From positions 372,001-436,000 of the forward strand of contig JBHGNT010000027.1 of NCBI GenBank assembly GCA_043228905.1: a stretch of 64,000 bases of DNA, read 5' to 3'. A model generated the notes under the pieces. It made no database searches and was not told where the DNA came from. It saw only the letters and a list, made by a program, of their open reading frames with translations. Source of the stretch: Azolla caroliniana (taxonomy: Eukaryota > Plantae > Polypodiophyta). Shown here in pieces: positions 1-12,373 of this stretch. The number at the start of each line of letters is the position of its first letter. Position 1 is the first letter of the stretch. Made by a program: the position numbers and the translations under genes.

Positions 1-2150
1 TAGTGTATTCTACGACAGATTGAGGAGCACCTGCGGGAACAACTCTTCGTTGTTATTTTAAAGAGTTGCGATGTCCTCGTGCAATTCGGTCTATAATCTT
101 TCTAAGCTGTTTATGACTATGGGCATGTCTTATCCAATCTGTTTCTTTTCCTCGGTGCTTTATACCTAGGGCAGTCTCCTGCATTCATGGCAGTTCCTAT
201 GGTTGCAAAAACAACAAGGAGTCGGTTCCCGTATATACCCGGCTTTTCTTGTATGCTTTCGGCAAGCAAAAAAAACGCTAGCGGGCCTACCACGCTTCGC
301 GCCTGCGTCTTTGCCAGACAGTATTTGCCAGTAGTGCCATCCCACCCGACCTGAGGATTTAGTTTGTCCCTTGCTAAAATATCTTTGAAGAACTTGTACT
401 GATTTTCCAGGTCGGTCCTCGCGAGCGGATATGGGCCCTAGAGGATGGTGTAGAAACTCTCTGCCCGTAAGTCGTGCCTGAAAGCGGTTCATCCGGGTGA
501 AGCCGGCGGCGAGGAATTGACTGGTGCTGCGTTCACTGCTTGCTCGAAGGCCCGTATCCGCGCAGGCAGTAAGCAACAGATTGGTTCGTAACAAAAACAG
601 CTTAGAAAAGAAAAAGAATAAAGTTATTTCCTATTAAACTAGTGATTGTAAAGAAAAAAATCCTTCACAACGCCAAGGTATTTTAGCAAGACACTACATA
701 AGACTTTCGCCCTGGATGATATATGGGTTCTCATGAGAAAGAATGGTCGGTTTCCTTTTAATGAAGTAAAATCCACACCTTGACGCCCGGAATCCCGTAA
801 CGAGTGAATGTTTATTAGGAACCGAACTGATGGGCTTTCCCTAAAGTAACACCAAAAGTCTACCTCCTTTCGTGCGTCCTTCGCCTCCTCCTAAATAAAT
901 TCACTTTCTCTAAAGTAGCCCAATGGATTGTTAACAAGTTCTACGATATACTTATCTTCAAGCCAACCAAGTACTTTAGCACCTTATTGCATACATGTTC
1001 GAACTCAACTCCAGGTCGCGTATAATCACTCTCATTGCAATCAACCATGGCTACTCCAATATTAATTAATTTTGGCTTTCTTTCTATAAACTTTCGTTCC
1101 AGCCAGGGAAACGGTGAAGGATAGTGATTTACGGCATGACTGTACAGTTTAGCCGTCACCACTTGTAATTTGAGTCGATAGCCAAACACGGATTATGCCC
1201 TCTACGCAGACAGAGAACCGCCCAACCTAGCTGCGCAAATTGCTTGCTTGCTTGCTTGCTTGCTTGCCCCCTTCTTGCGGATGCGGAAGAACTTGCTTGC
1301 TGCTAAGTTTTATTAGCGCAGGTGAAGGCCTTTCCGCTGTCTGTGAGGCGGATAACGGGCAATCTCACTCATTGCGCTGTTTTATTGACTTCGCCACGGC
1401 ACCACTTTTTTGGCGGATAAACGGCCTTCATGCTGCCGTTAGTCGAGGCGGCCCGATGAACCAGTGCAGCAGAAAAGAATTTCGGTTATAGAATGGCCGG
1501 TCTCTTTCACTTGCTTCTGATCAAAGGCCGGCAGAGAAGTAGCCGTACAGATAGCATAGGCTGCGGCCTATTCTTGCAGAGAAAACAACTTCGAGAATGA
1601 TAACCCGTAGGTACCGGTGGGTTCGATCAGTCCCTGGAGTTCGCTAGGTGATATCTATACGGCAAGGAGGATATGAAGCTATCCCTACGGAATCCAATCC
1701 CTGTGGTCCTAGATCGGTCCCGAAGCACTAGTCCGGTACCTGCTGCAATCAGTCCCTATGGTACTTGCTGCAACCAGTCCCGAACCCAAAGGTTTGCTAC
1801 GCTGCCGCTGTAGGCATAGTTGGTACCGATGTTCACTGAGATTGGGAATCCCCGCTTCGTGCTGATCGTATCGTATTCTCTTCGCTTATTGCAGCTGTGG
1901 TAATCGAGGCTTTGCTTTGTATTCTCGAAGTACGAACGCTAGCTGATCGCTTCGTATCCTTTCAACCGTTGAGGAGCTGCAACTGCTTGGCGTTGTCTAT
2001 GGCCATGATTGTATCGCGGTTGGTTCGGGCGGGAATCAATCAAATCGCCACTTTTCACGCGCCCGCCGGTTCATCCCGGAGGAACCGCACAGGAGTAATT
2101 CAGACTGTTTCTCTAGTCAATTTCGCGTGACCGTAAGACGCAATTCTGCA

Positions 2151-2222
2151 AGCGGAAAAAGGGACTCGAACCCTCAACTCCAGCCTTGGCAAGGCTATAC
2201 TCTACCATTAAGCTATTTCCGC
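2151..2222 (-). tRNA. trnG: tRNA-Gly(GCC)
   Basis: GCGGAAATAGCTTAATGGTAGAG...TTGCCAA...GGTTCGAGTCCC TTTTTCCGC cloverleaf. Confidence 0.93.
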
Positions 2223-2965
2223 CAGCGGAACCAGAGCCGAGTGCGGTTCTTCCCCCGTAGAGAAAGCGCTATAGCTTTCGGGGGAAGAACCGCAATGAAG
2301 ACTTCATTGCGGTTCCCTTGGAACTATTGACTTGAGACTTCGATGACTCATCGATAGGTCCATGCCCGGAGAGATTCGAACTATCCCGGATTCGAAGTTT
2401 GGTGCTCGAGCTACAGGCACAAGTTGACCTTACAGACCGAACAGAGGCTAGTAAAATCTAACGCTTAGCTTAGAAGGTCGTAAGATCAGACCAGACTTCG
2501 CCCGGAAAACGAACGTAAAGCATTGAAAGAGCGTTGCTTAGTGGCTGGCTTTGGCCGCCTTTACGACCCAAAGACGAATCTCCGGGTCCCAGCTTATTAT
2601 CCTGCAATGTTACGGATTGACTGTTACTGGTGCTAGGTAAGGAGTTTCAGTTTTGGGCGTCACTTTCGAAATATCTCGAGTAATGGGTTCATGTGAGTGC
2701 ATGAACAATCCAACTACTCTACTAGGCTGCTTCCCGCCCTGTTTCGCAGCTTGCTCCCCTTCGGCGGCACGGCACGGCACGGCACGGCACGGCACGGCAC
2801 GGCACGCACGCACCTGTCTTCCCGCATTCCGTCCGCTGAGCGCAAAGCGTCGACAAAGAAAGCAGCTACCTTTTCATTATTATACTGTAATCCCAGCGCA
2901 AACAAAAAAACTGCCATGAATATCGAGAACGGAACAAGAAGCCACAACGAAATCAAGTCAAGTCT

Positions 2966-3265
2966 ACGGAAGCTTAATCCGTTTGTTCTTCGTAAACAAT
3001 TGGATACAAAGTCAGTACTAACCCATAAGGCTCTGTTTCAGATTCAAAACTAGGGTTCAGCTATGAGATTTGACTCTAGGTCACGCCTTCGGTTTGTGTT
3101 TTCCGCTTGAAACATAATATCACTCGTTGTACCGGAACGGATCCCTGAAAAGTTACTTAATCCGCTGTTAGCGTCAAAAATTGTAAACCCCCTGAAGTTC
3201 ATAAAGGAAGAGGTATAAAATATTGAAATGAAATTATACGTAGAAAACAAGGAGAAAAGAAACAA
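2966..3265 (+). CDS. rpl6: Mitochondrial ribosomal protein L6; ACG start and CAA stop created by C-to-U editing, internal stops removed by U-to-C editing
   Basis: Reads (M)EA*SVCSS*TIGYKVSTNP*GSVSDSKLGFSYEI*L*VTPSVCVF...KPPEVHKGRGIKY*NEIIRRKQGEKK, colinear with bryophyte mitochondrial L6. Confidence 0.9.
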
Positions 3266-3268
3266 ATC

Positions 3269-3634
3269 GCGTCATATATTCCAGGAACCAAATCAGTTTC
3301 CAATAAATAAGTCAGACTTGCCTCAACCTAAATCTCCGGAACTGGACCCAAAAAAGCCACTTGGGTTTGTGATTAATCAGGTCCCGGCGATAACACTAAG
3401 GTTAGTAATCTGACTCGGCACTAAATTGACCAGATTAGCATAATAGTACGTTGAAACAATTTCCTAGTTGATTCGGAATTAAAGAGAGAAATTTAGTAAT
3501 ATATCAAATGATTAATTAATATCAGCCGTTACCGCGGATTCCGTCACAAAGCAGGATTGCCATTACGTGGTTAATGAACCTACAGCAATGTTAAGATCTG
3601 TCGCAAGTCAAGAAAAGTTTCAATCAATCAACGA
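3269..3634 (+). CDS. rps13: Ribosomal protein S13; start is GCG (GUG after editing?), 3' end approximate (edited CAA/CGA stop)
   Basis: SYIPGTKSVSNK*VRLAST*ISGTGPKKA...YRGFRHKAGLPLRG**TYSNVKICRK, the S13 signature GLPLRGQRTH after editing. Confidence 0.87.
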
Positions 3635-3729
3635 AAGAAGAATAATTCGTTTTTCATTCACAAAAATGAGAGAAGGCAAGACGCCAGGAAGAAAACGAAA
3701 CCGAAGGAATAGAAATGAAGAATACAATT

Positions 3730-4161
3730 ATGTAAAAGCAGCCTTCTGAACACTAGTAATAGTAGCCGCGCCGCTAACAGAAATGGGGAAAACACCACTA
3801 AAAGCCAAGAAAGCACCACGGTATTGCCCATACTTAACCAACTTTTAGTAATACTTTCATTATCATAATAAATTGCAAGGGAGATGAAAGAACAGGGTCC
3901 TCCTCAGGTTGTTCAAGAGGGTTTAAGGGTTTCCGTCGCTCGGACAAGTATGCAGCTTAAGCAACTGCGGAACGTGTCGCGTAAGCTGCCACTTAACCCG
4001 AAATTAGGTCAGTTGAAGTGAAAATAAAAGGAATTGGTCTTGTAAGAAAGGGATTTTCGCCGAAAAGTTCAAAAGAGGGAGGTCCTGTTACTATCAGAAT
4101 TCACGACGTAATCCCAATGCTACATAATGGATGCTGACCCCCTAAAAAACGTCGTGTCTAA
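3730..4161 (+). CDS. rps11: Ribosomal protein S11 (edited)
   Basis: ATG TAA AAG (MQK)...HGIAHT*PTFSNT...GFKGFRRSDKYAA*ATAE...HNGC*PPKKRRV*. Confidence 0.9.
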
Positions 4162-4832
4162 ATACCACCATAGAGCTATTTGTCTCTACTCACCAACGTC
4201 AGAAGGTTTGGATTGGTCCTACAGCCCAGCAGGTCATGGAAGGCTTGGCTCGAGCAAGGCGAAGGAATAAACCCGAATAGAGCAGCGAAGCGGGGAGATG
4301 GAATGGAAAAAGTCGACTCAAATTAGAATAATTGCAGTTTAGTTAATACCTTACTCGTCTATTCGTTCATCCAATTTCTCCATACGACAAATATCCATTT
4401 TTTTTTGCCAATCGATCGAAAGAGTCGGCTCCGCGAAAGGTAGTTGCACTGCGGGGCTCACTCTGGAATTTGATCCTATGATTTAGAGCTATGTGGATGC
4501 CCTCCCTCCGCGTAGTCCCTCACCTTTCAGTTGTATATATCTATTTCTCTCCGTCTCTGCATAGCTACGGATACACGGCTTTAGCGCTTCATTCACCCAG
4601 TCTATTCTGTCAAAACTTACTTTCTTTATAATGCAAACCAACACTGGGGGAAGGTCCGATCCCTCCCCTCTATATCAATGACATGGTTCACCTCGTCGTG
4701 AGGTTACTTCCCTTTCCCATCTCTTTCTTGCTAGGAACTGCCATGAATGCAGGAGACTGCCCTGGGTATAAAGTGCCGAGGAAAGGGATTCGACGGAAGA
4801 GAAAGGGAACGAGATTGTTTAAAGCTAGAGCA

Positions 4833-5178
4833 ACGGAATAACCATCTACTATCTCGGAAGAAAGAATTACCAACTATCACACCAAATTGCCAGTGGATGA
4901 GATCGGTTGAGTGGTATCGGTTGGGGATGGAATTGCACGTGTTTATGGATCGAACAAGATTCAAGCAGGAGAAATGGTAGAATTCGCCAGCGGTGTGAAA
5001 GGAATGGCTTCGAATTCTGAGAATGAGAATGTAGGAATTGTTATATCCGGTAGTGATACCGCCATTAAAGAAGGAGATATGGTCAAGCGCACTGGATCTA
5101 TTGTGGACGTTCTTGTAGGAAAGGCCATGCCGGGTTGTGTAGTTGATGCGTTAGGAGTACTCATTGATGGAAAAGGTG
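4833..5178 (+). CDS. atp1: ATP synthase F1 alpha, exon 1 (ACG start)
   Basis: [35 protein letters not shown]...DGKG, followed by a group II 5' end GGGCG. Confidence 0.95.
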
Positions 5179-6073
5179 GGGCGGCCGTTAGATCATCTGC
5201 GGTCGAAAAAGGTTGCATACAGGCATGAGACTAACCAGAACCCGCGAAGGGAGGCCGAGACCATAGCATGTCGCAAAAGAAAGCACGATTGAAGGCAAAG
5301 CGGACGAATGAAAATCATCGTGCAGCCCGGTAGTTTGGTGAAAGATGAGGCCGAAAGCAGCAAATCGGAGTCTTTTTCGGGTGACCATGCCCTATTCGTT
5401 CGTTCGACGTGTTGCCAGATAGACGCGGATATGCTCCCTGCCTGCTATAGGCACATTATGGTCAGGCCCGATTGAGTGCCACTTCTCCCGCCCGTAAACG
5501 AAAGTTTACAGCAAGCATGAGAGCGGATTACCTATCTATTCTATTGGGGACGGAAGACTGAACGACATCCCGGCAAGCCAAGCAAAGTGGGACCTTTCAA
5601 CTCTTATCTTATTATGGTCCCAACCATCCGCAGGTAAAACCGGCGAGATCTTCGGCGGGAGGAAAGCCCCGGAAAGAAGTCAGAGGGCCCATACCACCTG
5701 CCTACCCTCCTAAGGCGGAACCGGCACTTGGTGAATGCCAAGTAGAAAACGGGAAGGAGCCTATGCATTTGTCATGCCCGGAGTTCGAAACAGAATAACG
5801 AAAAGGCAAGCAAGTTTTACCTGACTTAACTGAAAAGCCATTTTCCTCTCTGCAAACTCCAGGAGAGAGTGGACTTCAGGAAATCACAAAGTGGGTCCCC
5901 AAGGAGGAAAGGAGGAGGGAACTTGTGAGGAAGTTTCCACCCTCCTTTCGGCCTCTGGGGTTAAACAAGACCCAGATAAAGTCAAGTTAGAGAGCCGTGT
6001 AATGGGCGACTATTCCGCACGGTTCGGAGAGCACAACTACGATCACTTCTCCTCGGCAGAAGCTTGACTCTAT
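5179..6073 (+). other. Group II intron atp1i361g2 (cis)
   Basis: Starts GGGCGG; domain V GAGCCGTGTAATGGGCGACTATTCCGCACGGTTC near 5992-6025; ends CTCTAT; splicing restores GKG-ALSAVERRR. Confidence 0.9.
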
Positions 6074-7260
<1,187 letters not shown>

Positions 7261-7632
7261 TTCAAGAGATGGGGAAGGAGGCCCCCTCACGTAATTACTA
7301 AGGAGACCCTCCCTTTTGTTTGTAGGAGCGTTAGGCGGGTGAGCGGATAACGGCGGGAATTGAACAAGCCGATAGATCACCGCCACCTAACCTATAGGTG
7401 GTTTGCGGGAATTGGCCCAGTTACCTCCTATAGAAATGCTTTGTTTGTTTGTCTTTTGGTAGGGACAGTCATTACGCGTAGCTTCGTTGGACACAACGAC
7501 TGGCAACGGTTGATTTCGGCCGGCAGCTTCGGGGAAAGGTTTGAACCCATGGCTATGGCAATCTATTTTCTGGCTTCTTTTTTTCTAAAATAAATTCCGA
7601 TTCGCTAGAGAGAGATCAATTGCTTGCTTGCT

Positions 7633-7706
7633 TGCGGGGTGGAGTAAATGGCCAACTCGTCAGGCTCATGACCTGAAGACTGCGGGTTCAAACCCTGCCC
7701 CCGCAC
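7633..7706 (+). tRNA. trnfM: tRNA-fMet(CAU)
   Basis: GCGGGGTGGAGTAAATGG...TCAGGCTCATGACCTGA...GGTTCAAACCC TGCCCCCGCA, plant mitochondrial initiator type. Confidence 0.9.
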
Positions 7707-8434
7707 TACATGTTGTCAACAGTAAAAAAGCAAATGAAGATTATTGTATAATAATCCATGCTTAAGAATGGGAAACTAACGTGACTATTCATATTGTCAA
7801 TTCGTTATCATTCGTGTTGTCAATGAGACGGTGACATTCCAATGAAGCGGTTTTCATCATCATGAAGGCCTTCATGCATGCATGAAGAACCTGTTTGGTT
7901 TGATGAACATGCCGGTTCATCATGCTTGCTGTTTAAAATACTCGTTAGGTGGTTCCGCTTTTCTTTTGGGGAAGGCGTGCGTTTCAGGCTTGCAGGGAAA
8001 AGTGCCATTTCCGAGTTCAAAGATTGCTGCTTTAAAGTGGAAAGAAAAGTGCAAAGCATCTTCTTGCCAGTGATTCATCAAGATTGCCGCCGGCTCGGTT
8101 TAAAGTGAAAAGAAAAGTGCTGCTTTGCTTTGCTTTGCTGGATTCGCAGATTATGGCCAGAAGATGATATTGCCTTCTTGCATGATCCTTCTGAATTTTA
8201 CCAACGGAATTTCGAAATTCCAGCATTCAATTCTTTCCGCAATCTGAGCCGCATTAAAGATTATCGTATAATAATCCATGAATATTCAGGCCTTCTTGAA
8301 AGTTCAAAAGAAGAACTTTGGTTTGGTAGCCATTTATATTACACTTTTTACTTAATAACCACCTGCGAATTGATGACATCCTTGTGAGGTTGGTAGCGAT
8401 CGAAGGCTAAGTACCAGCTGTATTTGCACTTTCC

Positions 8435-8471
<37 letters not shown>

Positions 8472-8533
8472 GTTCGGCGCCCGCCGCTTTTGTCGTTAGC
8501 ACTCTTTTGTTCATTAATCAAGCGTTTCGTTCC

Positions 8534-8651
8534 GTCCGGGCATCTTTGTAAGACGTGAAACACCCGATCCCATTCCGACCTCGATATGTGAAAAGCGTTT
8601 TCTGCCATATGTACTGATAATTTTCGGGAGACGTGGTTCGACAGCCCGGAC
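8534..8651 (+). rRNA. rrn5: Mitochondrial 5S rRNA
   Basis: CCGGGC...GACGTGAAACACCCGATCCCATTCCGACCTCGATATGTG...GCCATATGTACTGA...GCCCGG matches plant mitochondrial rrn5. Confidence 0.92.
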
Positions 8652-8936
8652 CCTTTCAAATCGTATATGCGATTGCCTAAAGGTCAGATGCGAATCTGAT
8701 ATCAGCCAGAAACAATGAAAAGGCGTACGACAACGCAAAAAAGCAAGCTATGGATGTGAAGACAGATTAGAACGGTAAACACACAATACCAATGATGCGT
8801 AAATCCCTGGCTGGCATGCATTATCGGAAAATCTGTTCCTCAACTCTTACGCTCGAGAGAGCTAGGGAACTTGTCAGGGAAATCTAAAGTGTTTAGTTAA
8901 ACGAGACGCTAAGAAAGGAGGAAGGACGAAGCCCTT

Positions 8937-8974
<38 letters not shown>

Positions 8975-9275
8975 GCGGATTGTACAAACTTCGTATCGCA
9001 CAGCACGGAAAGAGAACTCAAGAGCGTAAAGGAAAAAACAGAGGATGCAGGGTCATTTGGTAGACGTTTTCGTCGAAACAATGAATCCTCTGTCCAAGTA
9101 CTCGACCAATTCTTTCCGCGCTTCTTCCGCATTTTACAAACGTCCGAAGATTATTGTATAATAATCTATGCGGGCTTCTTTTTGTCTCGGTTTTAAGCAG
9201 TCACAGGTTGAGTGGCGATCGCAGAACACTCATTAAGATTTTGTACGGTGTTCGGTAGGTTCAACTCCTACTGCA

Positions 9276-10284
9276 TCGAAAAGAATGCATTGGATGGATG
9301 CCTGGGCATTGAGAGGGAAGGACGCTTCCAAAGGCGAAAGGCCATGGGGAGATACCGTCTGTGATCCATGGGTTTCCAATCGGGAAACCGTATCCAAGCT
9401 TGCCGGGCATGCCGTGTGCTGCGGCTCTGCCTCGGACTTGAGAAACTTAGCGAACTGAAACATCATTGTAGCTAAAGGAAAGGAAATCAACTGAGACTCC
9501 GTTAGTAGCGGCGAGCGAAAGCGGATTAGGCAAAGAAAAGGGAAGGGGCCCCAGCCCAGAAGGGCCGCTTTCCCTGGCCCCGTGCGGGGGAGAACTTGCA
9601 GTAGAGGGAAGGGTGGGAACCCTTCCTCAAGGAATTCTGAAAAGGTTGGAAGATCTGGCCAAAGAAGGTGATAGCCCCGTAGATCTTTCCTGGCAAGTTT
9701 GATTACCATTACAAAACGCGGATACCGTGTTTGAATAATGATCGCTTTACGTGACTAAGGGGGACCACCCCCGCGCCTAAGTATTCCTCAATGACCGATA
9801 GCGTACCACAAGTACCGTGAGGGAAAAGTGAAAAGACCCCGCCGTATGCCGGGAGTGCAATAGAAAACCTGAAATCCGATGCAAACTATCAGTCGGAAGA
9901 GCGAAGCTGAGAAAATGCGGCAAAGCCACTAATGTTCGATGGAACGCATACGCGAAGCTGAGAAAGCGCTGTAGCTTTCGGAGGCAAAGCCACTAATGTT
10001 CGCATACGCGAACCCTTGAGCGAAGCTTCGCGTTGTCGGCTCTCGCTTTAGCACTTTCCACCCTAACGGCGTACCTTTTGCATAATGGGTCAGCGAGTGA
10101 ATGGGAACAGCGGCTTAAGCCATTAGGTGTAGGCGCAACGAGGTTGAATCTTCGGCGTTGTTTCTATTTGACCCGAAACCGATTGATCTAGCCACGAGCA
10201 GGTTGAATCGAGCTCTCCACAGAGGCCTTGGAGGACCGAACTCACGTATGTGGCAAAATACGGGGATGACTCGTGGCTAGGGGT
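9276..10284 (+). rRNA. rrn26: 26S rRNA, 5' exon only
   Basis: TCGAAAAGAATGCATTGGATGGATGCC start; conserved LSU motifs GAACTGAAACATC, AGTACCGTGAGGGAAA, GACCCGAAACCG; ends GGGGATGACTCGTGGCTAGGGGT. Confidence 0.92.
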
Positions 10285-10870
10285 GAATCAAAGAGCTACG
10301 ACTCCGCCGTTCCTTTGTTGAAGTCCGAAGGACCACAAGAAGAGGGAAAAGGAGTCCTCCTCTGGCCTTTCGCCCCACAAGCGTGCGAACGCTTTTTCAA
10401 TAACTGGCTCATAACGGTGAAACCAGCTTACCCTTTGAGAGTAATGGCCACACCGTGGGAAGTCGTGAAAGCTTCTCTCCCTTTATTGCGGTCGAGTGCC
10501 CCAGCAAGCAAGCAAGCAAGCAAGCAAGCACGCCCTCAACGACGAGGAATAAAGCGGGTCAGGCCCCAAGATGAAAGCAGGTCAAGTTTGGTAGGCGGTT
10601 AGCTAACGCCAACCCGGGTTCAGCAAGCAAGCAAGCAAGCAAGAATGCGCCAGGATAGGTGCCCCGGGACCAACACTTAAACAGTCCAGGGTCCCACCAC
10701 CAAAAGGTCTTGTTCCCACTGTCCTCGTTGCTTTATCTCGTATTCCAGAACCACCTTGTTCTTAGGGAATCTCTCTCGTAGCTACGAGCTAGCTCATTGA
10801 CCCCGTAACGACTGATTCGAAAGATGAGAGCATGATTGTTAATGCCAACACGCCGGTTCTCACTCCCTTC
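10285..10870 (+). other. 5' half of a group I intron in rrnL (probably trans-spliced; rrnLi825g1-like)
   Basis: Guide sequence TGGCCTTTCGCCCC 10363-76; P3 AACTGGC/GCCGGTT; P4 ACGGTG/CACCGT; R element CCCGTAACGACTG at 10802; no S/P9 or 3' exon before rrnS. Confidence 0.8.
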
Positions 10871-11269
10871 GGCCGAATCCATCTCGAACCAAAGGTTGGT
10901 TCTCCGGCCATATGCACCAGTGTATCGAGAGCTGCTGCTTTTCAGCGAAGAAAAAAACTAAACTTTAGACGGGCTTCGTGATGTTTATGCTTTTTCATTG
11001 GAGCATCTATGAACATGTGAACACTGCTGCTGGCCCGACTGAAATTCACTTACGTAACCTTCTAGCCGAGGTCAATTTTGTCACTGAGATTGTTGTTCTA
11101 GCTAGGCCTTCTTGCTCTCTGGAGCCAAGTGAAGCGCAGTGATCATTGGAATGCAAGGCCATGAACATGACGTAAGGGAAGGCCGAATCCATCTCGAACC
11201 AAAGGTTGGTTCTCCGGCCATATGCACCGGTTCATCGTAACCGTTCGAGAGCGAAAAAAAAAACTAAAC

Positions 11270-11510
11270 GCAGAAGCTAGACAATTGCGGCGCGGCCCAA
11301 CAAGAAAAGAAAAGAAGCGGATTGACGTGGCCGCAGTCATTCGACCTCCCCATGCTATCTGAGTGGATGCACCTCACCCTTCCACTGGCTATGCGGGGAC
11401 TGGACCAATGTGATCTCGCCTTGACGTTGGCGGTCCGGCTTATGGAGAAGAGACCAACTGTGGTGTGGCCTTCTCCAACCAAGAGTCACACCAAAATTCA
11501 AATATTGCAC
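11270..11510 (+). repeat. ~240-bp repeat, inverted partner at 25370-25609
   Basis: Same WPQSFDLPMLSEW... sequence on opposite strands. Confidence 0.9.
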
Positions 11511-11552
11511 ATGAATTCATCAACCTGCCTCGTATGGCAGAAATTGACCAAA

Positions 11553-11723
11553 AAACCGAGTTTGATCCTGGCTCAGAATGAACGCTAGCGATATGCTTAA
11601 CACATGCAAGTCGAACGTTGTTTTCGTCTATAGAACAGTTGAAGACAAAGTGGCGAACGGGTGCGTAACGCGTGGGAATCTGCCAAACAGTTTGGGCCGA
11701 ATCCCAAAGAAACGAAAGCAGCT

Positions 11724-11759
<36 letters not shown>

Positions 11760-11867
11760 GCTTTTCGATAAAGCTAAAAAGCGCTGTTTGATGAGCCTGC
11801 GTAGTATTAGGTAGTTGGTTGGGTAAAGGCTGACCAAGCCGCAGATGCTTAGCTGATCTTTTCGGAC

Positions 11868-11905
<38 letters not shown>

Positions 11906-12061
11906 GTAGGGAGGCAGCAGTGGGGAATATCGGACAATGGGCGAAAGCCCGATCCAGCAATATCGCGTGAGTGAGTGAAAAACGTCGCGTTAGCGAGGAA
12001 GGGCAATGCCGCTTGTAAAGCTCTTTCGTCGAGTACGCGATTATGACAAGACTCGAAGAAG

Positions 12062-12097
<36 letters not shown>

Positions 12098-12337
12098 GAC
12101 GGGGGGGGCAAGTGTTATTCGGAATGACTGGGCGTAAAGGGCACGTAGGCAGTGAATCAGGTTGAAAGTCAAAGGCGCCAGCTCAACTGGCGGAATGCTT
12201 TCAAAACCAATTTACTCGAGTGGGACAGAGGGGAGTGGAATTTCGTGTGTAGGGATAAAATCCGGAGATATACGAAGGAACGCCGAAGTAGCGAAGGCAG
12301 CTTTCTGGGTCTCTACTGACGCTGAGGTGCGAAAGCT

Positions 12338-12373
<36 letters not shown>

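Noticed and set aside
1600-1800. Degenerate repeats (GGTAC..GCTGCAA.CAGTCCC) as a CRISPR-like array
   Set aside because: Irregular, few units, no constant repeat-spacer period, organellar context
8893-9196. ORFs with LACLLAC, ASKQASKQ, RAVPC or GPARP repeats
   Set aside because: Translations of microsatellites
11440-12111. 223-aa ORF and other ORFs overlapping rRNA
   Set aside because: Shadow frames of rrnS/rrnL
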